Origin: Atractiella rhizophila
Taxonomy: Eukaryota
Reading direction: 5' to 3'
Length of the DNA stretch: 45,927 nucleotides
NCBI GenBank assembly: GCA_021432655.1
Contig: MU271536.1
Location: 1 to 45,927, forward strand
Position numbers and translations under genes: made by a program. The notes below the pieces were generated by a model. It worked only from the letters and a program-made list of their open reading frames with translations, was not told the DNA's origin and ran no database searches. This document shows, piece by piece, positions 23,150-35,840 of the stretch (within the stretch, counting starts at the first letter, position 1; each line of letters opens with the position of its first letter).

Positions 23150-25235
23150 TCAACCCATTGGGTTCGTCCTCCCCGCCTGCTCATCGTCATCCTCCTCCAC
23201 GCCAAAGCAACCACACAAGACCCACTCCATGAACCCTTTCTGTCTCCTCCCCGCATCATCACGATCATCGTCGTCCCACGCGTCCTCCTCCGACCCGTCA
23301 CGCTGCCTCCCCTTCCTTCTTCTCCCGCCAAACACGTTCGGATCCGGACTGCTCTTCCTATAAGCGAGTCCAGGCTGAGAATCGAAATTGTTGTAGTTCT
23401 CGCTCCTCATTCGTCCAGGTACGAGGGGGTCTCCGATGGTCCCAGCGTGGGACGCAACACTCTTCCCTTCCAACGTTATATGCGAATCGAACGATCGTAA
23501 ACTCTCCCTATCCCTCGGGTCGTACAGGTTCGGTCGGTCGATAGATAAGGAGCGGTATGAAGGTCCAGCGATGAGCGTATCCCCACTCCCACCGCTATCT
23601 CCACTCTTCCCCTTCCCCTTCGCACGCTTACTCTTCTCTTCCGCCGTCGGTGCATCATACAGCTGACTCGTGCTCGTGCTCGTCTTCGAAGGCGAGGGAG
23701 CGTAACCTGTGGATGCGTCTGGGGGAATGACGGACTGTAAATGTTCTGCAAACTTGGACCCCGCCTTCCTCGCACGTTCCGTCCGTTCCTCAGGCGAAGG
23801 CGAACTTGATCCGGATGCCATAGCTACATCCCTCTCTTCCGGTTTCAAGAGACCGTCACCACGCGGCTCGCCTCCTTTTCGACGGTCACGGTCGCGGTCG
23901 CCAGAGGATCGAGGCGATTGCATGTCCTCCATCTCTTCCCCATCCTCATCGTCCTCGCCCACCCGCTCTAATGTCCCGCTCCTCTTTCGTCTACCCGCCT
24001 CCAGATCCGCATCGTCGTTCACTGACACTTGGCTTCGTATCGAACCTCCTCGCCGTAAGAGGAGCGAACCTCGTCGCGAGACCTCGCCGACTACGCTGGT
24101 GATGTTGGAGATGGGAGGGACGAAGGAGGGTTGTTGAGCGCTTCGCCGGATGGATGCTCTACGATATTTTTCGATGTTCGACCACTGTCGGAGGTTCTGC
24201 ACGACGATTCGAGTTAGATTTGTCACTCTGCATCAAATGTGTTTACTCTTCCATATGATGATGCTTGGACTCGGCGGTGTTACAAGCAGGAAGCGGCGTA
24301 GGCCGAAATTCCTTCTGCTCGAGAGAAACGCATGCATAGAACCAAAGGACAGCGAAAGCGAGGTTCAGCTGCAAATCGCCGTGGCTTAAAATAATCACGG
24401 CATCGAGCCCTTCTGCCTGGAATGAATGGAACAGGAAAGAGCAATTGGCGAAGGATGTCAACAGTTGGCAGTCATGTATGAACCCACTGGAAGGCTCTGG
24501 GGGCTCATGTTGCAAGTACAGGTAAACAAATTACGTGTCAGTCTTAGCTAGTGCAAGCCGTAGGCATCTTCTACTGATATCTCCATTGCCACGAGCATCA
24601 ACTTCGCCAACGGAATGTAGCAGTGACCGTCGGTGAAGGCCGGTCAAGTAACGGACGCAGCGAGTCAATAAGTCAATAGTCAGCCAAGGCCACTAGCCGC
24701 TGTGAAGGCTCGCTGACCGCTAAGAATTCTTCTGTATCGACAGAAAGACAAGAGTTTTCGGCCTGAAGCCACAATATGTCTCTCCAACCAATGTTTGCTT
24801 CAGATGAAGCTCCAAAGCTGAGACACAGCTTCCAAAGGTCCTGAAGCACACCATAGACAGAAAACACACCTGTTCGATCCTCCTGGTCTCCTCTTCACCA
24901 CCTTCGCTCTCCGGCGGGTACTCCAACAGTTCGTTGCTCGCTCTCTCCTTTCCCTTCCTCTTCTTCCTCTCCTTCTTTGCCTGCTCCTCATCTCTAAACA
25001 ACGGCGTGTCCAGCTTGAGGGACTTGCTGCCTAAATCTTCCTCGTCGTGCTCCTGGTATGTCACATCTTGTGAGGTCGAACGTGCAAAGTCATGTTTCGG
25101 CGGAGGAGAGGGTGGTGCGACAGGGGCAACGGGGGGACTTGTTGGCGGGGACATAGTTAGCGGGCGGACAGTAGGTGAGAGTAGTGGCGGTGGGGTGGAG
25201 AGGGAGGTTGGCGAGGAGTTGGAGGAGGCCATCAT
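23150..25235 (-). CDS. Uncharacterised low-complexity protein, 2 exons joined by a 673-nt intron (24197-24869)
   Basis: Phase-0 join EETRRIEQ|NLRQWSNIEKYRR with GTGTGT donor, CTAAC branch and CAG acceptor; C-terminus EWVLCGCFG...EQAGRTNPMG*. Confidence 0.75.
24235..24850 (-). ncRNA. Candidate large structured intronic RNA
   Basis: At least six 6-9 bp helices and ACA motifs following two hairpins; family not recognised. Confidence 0.3.
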
Positions 25236-25417
25236 GAATTCTTGAAAATCGTCGTTTGTCTGCTTGCTCGGATGACGAATGTGACACTACACACCTGACT
25301 ACGGATTAAACTATAACACGTGAGCTTTGTTTTTCAGCAGAAGTCCAATGCTTCAGAAGGCAATAAGAGCCTAAAAGACGGCTTACAAGAAAAAGGACAG
25401 CATAGAGGTGCAACAAA

Positions 25418-27185
25418 ATGTCCAAAAAACGCGAGGCTTCTGACGGCCCACTCTCCCCCAAAAAGCGCCAAAAGATTTCGACTTCGCCGAAGAAAACTGC
25501 TGCTCGAGAAGCGCAAGAACAAGATGATGTTTCCGTCTTCTCTACCGAAATATTTACGCCATCTTCCATCGAGGCCAACTCTGCCGCGTTTCGACGTGGA
25601 GTCCCATTTCCCTACCTCCAGCTGCGCGATGCCTTCTCTCCTTCTCTCCTCCAGGCCGTCCGCCAACAGCTTCTGTCCTCTCAGGAGCAATATACGAGGC
25701 GCTCCAATGACTTGTATGATTATGAAGGCTCTCCAGATCTCATGGACGAGGGTTTTTGCACTGCCGAGTCTCCGTTGGAGATGTTGAGGGACGCGCTGTA
25801 TTCGGACGACTTTGTCAGGTTCATCGAAGGCGTGACGGCGTGGAGTTGAGCAGAGATGCGAGACCAGATTTGAGCAGTCACATTTATCGGAGAGGCGATT
25901 ATCTCGCAGTTTGTATTTATTTCGAGTTGACCGCGCTGGCCATTGAAGCTTAGGAGGTAGTGCCATGACGATAACATCACGAGCGAGGAATACGAAGAAG
26001 GGAAAGGACGGAGAATAGCCTACATTCTATATCTAGTAGACGAAGCATGGAGTTCGACTGACGGCGGAGCGTTGGAGCTTTATTCCATGTATGTCCATCG
26101 CCTCAACCAATTGCACTCCTGACTCCACCCCGCTTCTTGACAGCGATTCGTCCGCTCAACCACTCCCAACTCCAAGCACCACTCTAACACCAGCCTTCGG
26201 CACCATCGCCCTCTTCGAAGCCACACCCACCTCCTTCCACTCCGTCTCCCAAGTGCTAGCTAAAGACCCCCGTTTCCGTCTCTCCATCTCCGGCTGGTTC
26301 TCCGGTCCTCTCAACTCCCGTCTCGCGCACAGGGATTTCGCAACCGTTCCCGCTGCTCCCGCCGAGGAGAGCGAGATGGCCATTCCCGGCGTACAAGAGA
26401 GGTGGAACGACCCTTCGGTGATCGAGGGTTTAGCGGAGGAGTTTCGTAACGCGTCCACCGTCGAATTAGAGGATTTCCTGACGCCTTCGGCGCTGAACGA
26501 AGCGGTAAAAGCGCTGCGTTCCACTCCTGGGGAACTCGCCGGTCCCTCCTTTCTTCGACGATACCGTTCCCTCCCCCTCCCGCCGTCCCTCGACGCGCTC
26601 CACAGCCCTTCGTTCATTGCCTTCCTCTCCAAATTGACCACGTACCCTTCGTCCGCATTTGTTAGCCGTCGTATCCATGCGAAGAGGTTTGAGAGCGGAG
26701 ATTATACCCTCCTCCATGATCAAGGGGACGAACCTACCCCGGCGGTGGATGTATGGTTGTGGATTGGCTTAGGAGAGGGAGAAAAGGAGGAAGAATGGAA
26801 GGAGGAATGGGGTGGGAAACTGGTTTATTGCGCTAGGAAGGACGACGCGGGCAGTGACGGCGATGGTGAGGAGGAAGAGGGGAAGAATGGGAAGAAGGAC
26901 GAGGACGAGGCTATGAATGGAGATGGAGAAGTCGGCGACGGGGAGGAGGAAGAAGACCCGATCCTCCTCAGTTCTGTGCCAAGGAAGAATAAGTTGACGA
27001 TCGTGTTGAGAGGTGGCGCTGAGCAGAGGTTCATTAAAATGGTGAATTGTAGGATTGACGATGGCAAGACGAAAGATGGTGGGAGCAGGGGATTGTATGT
27101 CCTCGAAGGCGTGTTCAGGCTTAGTGGGATTGACGCAGAAGACGATGAAGGAGATGATTCTGGAGAGGAGCAAGATGAAGAGTGA
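25418..27185 (+). CDS. TPA1: uS12 prolyl hydroxylase, 2OG-Fe(II) oxygenase (Tpa1/Ofd1/OGFOD1)
   Basis: YRRGDYL.CHDD, RRIAYILYLV, DGGALELY, SFHSVSQV, RLSISGWF, plus a second degenerate domain (GDYTLLHD, EWGGKLVY). Confidence 0.85.
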
Positions 27186-27251
27186 TGAGGTCAACATCTT
27201 CTTGGGAATTTTGAGAGTACATCCTGCTTGTTACACAAATACAAAATTGAT

Positions 27252-28390
27252 CTATATCAACACTGATATGACTGGTTCATTCTTGTCCTCTTGCTCATTC
27301 CTCTTCCTCTCCCGAATGCTCTTGATCCCTTCCAGGAACTTCTCCTTTGTTGCATTAGGCGATCGACTCCAACAAAATCCTCTTTCTCCCGTCATTTCGC
27401 TCCCATTCTGCAGCCACCAATCCCTAATCCTCTCCCGTCGATGATACACCTTCCAATGCAACTTCGCACACCTCTCAAACCTCGTTCCCTCAAACTCTTT
27501 CTCCGTCCCTACCTTCCGATGTGCATCCAGCACATCCTCCAGCGCATTCAACGCGTGCACGTCCTCTCCCAACGCTTCAGCTACGACTAGCGAGCAGGAG
27601 TTGTGCGATTTTGGAAGGAGGCGAGGAAAGAGGAGGAGAATGAGGTCGATGGAATATGCTGCTCCGCATGCCGCGAATGTGAGGGTCGTCTGTCCCCTTT
27701 GACCTTTGAGGGGATCGACCAGGAGAGGTGGGTAGAATTGGCCCCGGAGTTGGTGTTCGAGGTTTTGGAGGAAGGGGACGGCGTGGTTGGTTTCAATGTT
27801 TTGAAGGGACTCGGGAGAGAAGGATGTCTACAGATCGCTGGTCAGAAGATATCACGGCCTATATAGGGAAAGTCTAACTTCGCGTCCTGTCAACGAGAGC
27901 AACATTTGGCGAAAATAGAAAGACGCGCTGTAGAGCATCGTCAGACGCGACCTCTCCACAGTTCCCAACTACGACGAGAAACATCAAGACATATCCCAGA
28001 TCAGTAAGTTGACGTGGGAAGGATAAGAAACCAACTCGAGGCGACTCTGAAGGTCGCAACACGTCTTGGAGGAATTCTCCAATAGCTGACACCTCTACCA
28101 GAACTTCCCGTCTGCCATGTCCTCCGATCATGGCATAATCCAGTTTCGGCCTAGTCCATCCACAGAACGCTCGATTAGAACAATTCTTGAGAAGAAAGAG
28201 AGGAATACACGAAACCAAACAAGTAGCCCTCTTCTGGCGTGATCTTTCCCTCTTCCCGCTTCTTCGACATTTCCTTATATGACATGGTATGGTAGGTAAA
28301 TGGAGCTCCCGAATCCAACAACAGCAAGAGGACGGGTTCACAAATGCCTCGGATATCGAGATAGGTGAGATTTAAGTCCAGTGAAGCCAT
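27252..28390 (-). CDS. Glutathione S-transferase-like protein, multi-exon
   Basis: LTYLDIRGICEPVLLLL, spliced YLFGFVPKL and EVSAIGEFL match the GST N-terminal thioredoxin-like domain; the C-terminal exons are less certain. Confidence 0.65.
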
Positions 28391-29103
28391 GGTGGACAGG
28401 ACGCCGTTGGAAGATGTGTGCTCTTGAATGAGGTCCATGTTATTGCTTTGAATGAGGAAACAAAGGACAGACAAAAGCTCCTTTTATAATCCACCAGGCG
28501 TAGCTCTCTAACGGCTACTGGCCCCTATCTACGTTGCAACAGACTCTGACAACGTGTCCTGAGTTCAAGTTATGAACCGCAAGTTGACGTTAGGAACCGC
28601 GACGTCACGATCGTTCTCAGTTTCCCCTCCACGCACTGTTAAGCCATGGGCTATCTGCTGATGGCTAACGCACTGCCAGAAATTCAGGTTTTCCTTGGTC
28701 CTCAATATCGAGTTTTGATATCGACTGATGATGGTGGCAAGTTCAAGTTGGACGAACGGACGCGTCTCGATCATCCAGAATTCAGAACGTCCAAATCAGC
28801 TCGAAGGCAGTAGAAATGGCTAGTAGCGTTGCGGTGAATTGGGGAGACGTAGCAAGTAAATAAGTATTGACGATATCACACACACTTGGTCAATGTCACC
28901 CTACTTTTACACCTCATCGTCTTCCCAACCACGCGCACCACCACACAAAGCCAAACGAGAAGCAAGCTTCTCCTACCACGTCAGAAAGTAAATGAATCCA
29001 AATCCAACAAAACGTCCATGCACAGCGAATTCCGAAGTAAAAAGACGAATCGACCGTTCTAAAAGAGTAGACGAAGCTTAAATACTCAACCCTCAGTCCA
29101 TAA

Positions 29104-30727
29104 TCAATGAGAATTGTTGCTCTCATTCTCCTCTTCCAATGCATGAAGAGGCTGTGGTCGCATACTTGACTGTCTCACGATCGAGTTCCTCTTCCTATGA
29201 TGATGAGCAGCAACGACAGCTTGGGGGGTGGTAGGTGACGGCGGGAGGGCAGAAGAGAAGGATCTGGCGGATGGTGAGGGGGGAGGGAAAGATGACTTTA
29301 GAGATTTTGCAGGCGGAGGGGGCGGAGAAAGGTCTGAGGGGTCCTTCTCATCTTCGTATGCCATCATGTCCAAGATGACGCTCGCGTGATACGCAGCTCG
29401 GACGGAGTCGAGGGATAAGAGGAGTTAGGAGATCTCGGAGCAGCTCCAGGACTGGGAGGTGGGCGGAGGCCTTCGAACCCTCCTACAGCTGAGGTTGGAG
29501 TTGGAGGGGCAAGACCAAGACCGGTGGAGATCCGGCGAGAGAGACGAGCAATCATCTCTGCTCCTTGAGTGATCCGAGTAGAGATGCGACGGCTGATTGG
29601 AGACATTGGTTGAACAGGAGGTCCCGAGAGGAGGACCGTGGAGGCTTTCATGTCCTCCCCTTCATATACCGGGAGACCTTTTCCGCCTCCCATTCTCCAC
29701 GCTCTTTCGACCTCGATATCTTCCGCATCTCCCGTGCCACGGGATGAGCCTGTCGCCATCAGTTCTATTAATGGGACGTCACCTTGAGTGGGAAGGATCA
29801 CTGACCAATGCGTCTCTGTCTCCTCTGTTCTCGTGTAAGATCACCCAAACCCTCTCTAGCACCACCAGGCATATCCAAAGCATGCAAGTACGTGGGCAAC
29901 GCCTCTGGAGGCGGACGCAACTTCTCCTCTGGGATCCTGAGGAACCACTCGGCAAATTTTCTCATCTTGAGTCGCAGCGGTTTCTCTGGCTCATCACTCT
30001 CTATGCGATAGTTGCAGACAATGTAAAGGAACCTAATTCGCCGATAGAGGAAGGTAAGTTCGAAGAGGAAGGCGAGACCGAAAAGTGAGTGGATGAAAGG
30101 CGCTGAACTTCGCTCGCCATCGTCCCCACCATCGTCTGGACTCTGAAGAGGAGGTCTATTCTTCTGGTGTTCTTGCATACGATGATCCTGCTCCAAAGCT
30201 AGGACGTAGCCCAGAACGGTGCCGAGCAGGAGAAGGACGCAAGCAGAGACGGAGAAGACACCAATGGCGATCTTTCGCGCCCTCTCCTTGTCTTTGAAAG
30301 CGTTAAGCTGGGAATCCGAGCGTGGAGCAAGGGCTGGAGTGACCGTAACGGTAGGAGGGTTGTTTTGAGTATGAGAAGGCAGCCTCGGTAGAGAGTTGAA
30401 GATAGATCGTCCAACGCTCCTCATCCCAGCTCCAACGCCCATCGTCCCAACAGTCCGACTCCCAACAGGATTACTTGATGAAGAAGCCTGGTTCCTACTG
30501 TTTAACCTATCCTCCAAGTCCTCCGCGCTCAACACATCCTCTGTACCATGCTCGTTTCCCCCCCTGCCAACCGCTCCATTCGCACCAGCTTCTCTTGAAC
30601 TCCTCCAGCCAATTTCGCCCCTCTTCGAAGGCAGCGGCTCAGCCTCTTCCTGCGCTGTTGCAACTGTCGGAGGGATGGACGTGGACTGAGGTTGGGGGGT
30701 CAAGTGTCTGACGTTGGAAACAGGCAT
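29104..30727 (-). CDS. Uncharacterised membrane protein (two TM helices, Pro/Ser-rich tail)
   Basis: Hydrophobic IAIGVFSVSACVLLLLGTVLGYVLAL and SLFGLAFLFELTFLY; LPTY and LPVY motifs; the true stop (29364 vs 29104) is unresolved. Confidence 0.6.
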
Positions 30728-31114
30728 AGAATGAACGGCTCTGCCGTGAGTTGTTGAGAATATTCCAGTTTTAGGAAAAAGTAAAACTGATCAGAAGAAA
30801 GAAAGACTAAGGAAAAGAAGGGAGTTATAACAAACGTTTCGTTGATGACAAGCGCATGAATGGACAAGGCAACGGATAAGGCGATTCAATGGAAGGTCGA
30901 ACAATTACGGACTAACAAAGTGTAACCTTAATGACCTTGTTCTTTGTTTCTTTGTTTGCGCAGAAGAAACGCTGCAGAAAACTCGGTACTGGAATTCTGG
31001 GCAGTTAATACTGCAAGCGATCTCTATGTTTATTGATAACATCAAGCACGCACGCACTCGTAATCCCCAGCATTGCATGTAATAGTACAAGCACAAATGG
31101 ATACACAGCTTGGT

Positions 31115-34100
31115 TCACTGAATGTGGTCATACTCGAACAGCTACCATGCAGCAGATCAATAGATGAATGGGAAAGGGAGGAAGTAGACTAACCTTGCAC
31201 GTTTTGTAATGCTCTTTTAGAGCCTTATCGATATCCTTCTTCTCGTTTGACTTGACGATGAGAGCGCCGACGAGAGAACCATGGTCAACATAACAGAAAT
31301 GAGTAGAACACGACCTGTCCACAAACAACATAAGACGAAACTCTTGCATAATAATTTGAAACCATACGCGACGGGACAAGACACTGCAGGCTACCGTTAG
31401 CTTTGAGAAAAGAGAGGATGGAACGGCATACTGTGATTGCATCCTTCGACCTTCTCCACATTCGTAGCACAGGCTGTTGTGAACTATCAGGATCAAAAAG
31501 GGTTTGGGTAGGGGGATATCGCACTTGGACACCGTTTCCAGCCCATAGTTTTCATCAAACTCTCCAGATCTTTCGCTCCGCACTCATGTTCCTCATTCAT
31601 AGCACTGAGCCTCGCATGACACTGACCACACCAAAAGTACCCGCATCCAACGGGACAACCGTGTTTCTTTGCCTCCAGAAACTGATCTCGATCGACCAAA
31701 GCTTCCCGCTTACATCTATCCTTTTCTTAGCTATCCGCTGCATGAGCAGGAGGGAAAGGCTCACGAGGGACATTTTAGAGGGATGGCGAAGAAAGAGAGT
31801 TCCAATTCGTCCCACTTTGACACATCCTCCTCAGTCTGAAACAGTATCTCCGCTTCATTCTTCATGAGCGAGAGCGCGCATCCACTCGCAGGACAAAGGA
31901 TAGGGAACTGGCTTCCCCTCAGAGAAGACGTGAGGTATTTGTAGAAGCATTCCCGACAAGTCTTGTGTTTACACTTGATGTCCAAACCAAGGTCGTCCAA
32001 AGACTGCTCTTCAAAGCAAATGTTACATTCGAATGTCGTTGGAGGTGGTGGGACGTAAGAATACGGAGAACGCTGGCGTTCGAAGGATGATACTGCGCCA
32101 ACATCAACCAGAGGCAGGAGGGGGTGGAAGGAATTTGAAGCTGAATGGCTAGCTGTGGATTGTGGAGACACGGCCCAAGGTTTAGGAATGGGTCGCGAAG
32201 GGGGATACCTCGCTGAAGGAGGACCAGGGATCGGCTGGGAGGTCGGAGGTGCTGGTGGTGCAGTTGTTGAGTTGACGGATGTTGAAGCTGAGGTCCCTTG
32301 AATGGAATGAGGGGTATGAGCTGATTCCATGGAAATGGTACTCGGGGGGCGAGGATTAGAAGCTGATGAACGCGACGGCGCGGGACTCGTCGACTCCGTT
32401 GAAATCCTGCTGCTGCCCTCATGAGACTGATGACCTGGTCCTGGGCCCGCCTTGGGAAATCTGACAGAGGTCACAGAATTGTTCCTTCCCAGCATAACGA
32501 CTGTATCTTTCTTGTCCGACCTCCTCCTCCCCAGCCCAAACGTATCAATGATGCTTCCACTTGTCCTTTTCTCCTTCTCCTTCTCCTTCTCCTTGTCTCT
32601 CTCCTTCTTCTCTGCCTTAAACTTATCCAACCTCTCCTGCTGTTCAATAATAGCCAACACGTCGAACCCTCCTCCAAATCCCCTAACCTGAGGTTTCGGT
32701 TTCGGTTTCGGTGGTGGTGAGGGCCTCCAAACATTCACCGGTTTCTGCCCATGCGGTTGGACGCTTTCAGACTGGATCCTCAGCTCCTCCAGTTGGTTTC
32801 TTTCTTTCTCCCGATATCCATCCAACAGCCCATTCATGTCGTCCAATCGCCTGTTCAATCGTTCGACCTCCGTCGCACGCTCCGACTTGAGCTCCTGCAG
32901 ATCCATCCGCGCCTGTAACGCTTCACAATTCGCAGCGAAGACCTCCGCCTTGTCCTCAGCCGTTGTTTTAAAGGAAGACCAATGTTGTTTCCCATTTTCC
33001 AAGGGTTTGGCTCCGAAAGACTGAAGCGACAGGTTGAATAAGAGCTCTGCTTGCCAGCCTATCTCTTCGTCTCCTGCATTCGGGGACAGGGTGGGGAACA
33101 GGTTGTTGAGATAACCCACGGCAGAGGGAATGGAGGAAAAGACTAGAAAGGCGGCGCCGGTATGGGTGGGACGAGGGTGGGAGTCAAATAGGACGATGGA
33201 GTGGTCGGAAAGATAGCACAGGAGTATGATCTCTGGCGGACGAGTGACGATAACTGCTGTGTTGGGAGAAGAGCTCATCTCCCTTTAGTCGAAACACATG
33301 TTTTCGAGAGGCTCAGAAGAAATCATGAAGGAGGAGGGATAAACGTACGAGAGGATGTCCTCGAACGAATCGTCCGTTTTCGTCATCACCTCCTCTCCTT
33401 CCGTCTGCACAAGCGAGCGTTGGAAGAGGGGCATGGAAGAATGGATCATGTCTATATCCAAGTGTTTCTCCGACGTCCAAAATGCGCAGATATCCAAAAT
33501 ACCCTGTCCATCAATCAATGATGAGCCATCTGCTCTACGCCTATGAAGAGGGACGAACGTCAAGCAGCGGACCATCGATTTCATTTCCACCCAACTTCCT
33601 CGTCAATATCTCCCGTGCAGCATTCATACTTGCCAATCCACAAGCCGACATTCCACCTAGCGAATACTGGCTCCTCTCGCTCGTAATGATCCTCACATCC
33701 TCCCCCGTCAAATCCTCATCCTTCGCCCTACCCTTTCCCTTATCTTTAGCCAACAGTCCATGGCCAGCCTCACTATCGCTCATTCCCTCTCCGACAAATG
33801 TCATCCACTCTCTCATATTCGGAGTCGCAGCACCACCGCCCGATTCCTTCCTCCCTACATCCGTACCTTTCCTCCCCTGACCCTGAACCGGCGGAGGACT
33901 CGGCCCCAATCTCCCACCTTTCACCTCCTCCTCCGGAGACCCCAACGTCGCATAACCCGCCAAAGTAGCATCGTCCACACTCTCCCCGCTGTCGATGCGT
34001 GCATGCAACCGTGGCGGCCGCGCAGGTCCATGTGTGGGAGGCGCGGCGCGTAAGGAGGGAGGGGAGTCGGGAGGAGGGGACAGCAGAGGGGGGACTTCTT

Positions 34101-35366
34101 CGGGACTCGAATCGCTGGCGGTTGTCGAGGGTTGTTGCTGCGACATGGACATGGATGGGGGCTTGGGAGGGAGCGGTGGACGGGTCACTTGGGATGTTGT
34201 GGGAGCCGTCGGTGTTCGTTGACGGGAAGGAAAAGAGCCCGGAAGGGGCGGGAGGAATGGTGTGGGACTTTGACCCAGGCCGTTGGGTGGCGGATGAGTT
34301 GATAGATCCTCTTGAGGAAGATAGTAGAATCCGGTAGGTTGTGATGGGTCGGAATAAACGCCCAACGGTTCGGAATGGTGATGTTGAAGCAAAGGAGCTT
34401 GATAAGGAGAAGTTGGATGAGGATATTGTTGAGGATGAGGTGTTTGCTGGTGCGTCGTCGCAGAGTGGGACGCGGAGGACGATTCAGACGCATATCGTCT
34501 GCTGAAAGGGAGAGGCATCGTGTTATTTCTCGGAAGTTGGGGTTGCTGTTGCCGTGAAGAATTTGGCGGTCTGGCAGGGATCGGAAGTGGAGGCGGGTCT
34601 GGGTTTGTCAGAAGGAGCCGCCTTTTCCCTTCTTCGGGAGAGGAGGATGGTGTTTCTCGTGGAGGACGGGAGCTGGATATCCTTGGAGGACGAGGGAGAG
34701 GTCGATATCCCGGATAATCTCTTCTCGCGTTCGCGTACGCGTGCGTGGTAGGCGTGATAGTCGAATATCTCCTCTGGGATTGGGCCGGAGGGGAGAAAGT
34801 GTCTTTCCTTGCTCGGAGGCTGAAGGATTGGGAATACGGCCTCGCAGTATCTTTTGAGCTCGAACTAGGGATATTGAATTGGGCACGGTGTCGACGTGCG
34901 GCGAGGAGCTTATCGTACGTCACTTGCAAACGGTCGATGTTCTGTGAACATTTGATTCCAATCAGCCTTCATTATGTGTGGAACGAGGTGGACGAGCGGT
35001 GCAAGCACAAGGGGATAAAGGAGGATAAAGGATAGACATACGTGACAGAAAGCAGCGTAATCCTGCTGATTCGTTCGCGCGTCTGGCCGCGCTTTCAGGG
35101 CGTCTCTAAGCCTTCAGTCCAACCATTTCAGCACTCTGCAATCCTCAACCACCTTCCAAGTAGGAAGAGTTAACCATAAAGGAAGGGGCATACCGAATAG
35201 CTTTCGCAATGCTCAAGAAGGCTTGCTCTTGGTCCTCAGGTCCACCTTTTGCTGCAGCCTCGACTCCGAGTTGCACGAGCTTGTTTCCGACCTGCACCCA
35301 GTGAGGGAGTGGGTAGGCGTGTATGTCGTTTCTGAGCCTGTCTTCGAAGGCTGATAATGCCTCCAT
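31115..35366 (-). CDS. RBR (RING1-IBR-RING2) E3 ubiquitin ligase with central tegument-like cysteine protease domain and N-terminal MIT-like helical domain
   Basis: RING1 FECNICFEE..CKHKTCREC..CPASGC; IBR CP..C..CPVGCGYFWCGQC; RING2 WKRCP.C...EKVEGCNH..C...THFCY; upstream SQYSLGGMSACG and LFDSHPRP; last exon LFEYDHIQ*. Confidence 0.8.
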
Positions 35367-35840
35367 ACCGAAGGCGAAGAGGAGGAGAATTTATGCGATT
35401 TGACAGGTATTCTTGTTAGAGAACGTGTTTCGATCGATCGGTCTCGACTGGACGGGAGAGGGGAGAGTGGGTCGTGCGAGTGACCAGACGTGAGAGACTC
35501 GACCCCGTAGATGTCGTTTCTTTCCGGTGCCTTGTCGTCGTCGCTGCTCCCAGAATCCAGAAAAATATGAACAAGGTCCAAGTTTCGACGGCCATTGCTG
35601 TGTTGTCCTGGTGTTGTTTGTTCATGTTCGCGTATGAAATCAAATTCACTCCGCCCTGTCATAGTTCGGGGCGTTCTTTGCAGCAGCCACGTCCACAACT
35701 TTGGCTGCTTAGAATCGGCAAACAACGAAGAAGTGCAAGAGGTCCATGACAAGGGCGATAGAACAAGCTCTTAGACTTCGTACATAACACTCTGCGACTG
35801 ATTCTTACTACTTTACCACCCACGAATCGATAAAATCCCA

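Noticed and set aside
32565..32720. CTCCTT and GGTTTC microsatellite-like runs
   Set aside because: They encode KEKEKE and PKPKPK low-complexity linkers in the RBR gene.
35474..35752. Overlapping ORFs between the divergent RBR and acetyl-CoA transporter genes
   Set aside because: No domain signal; more likely promoter/5' UTR.
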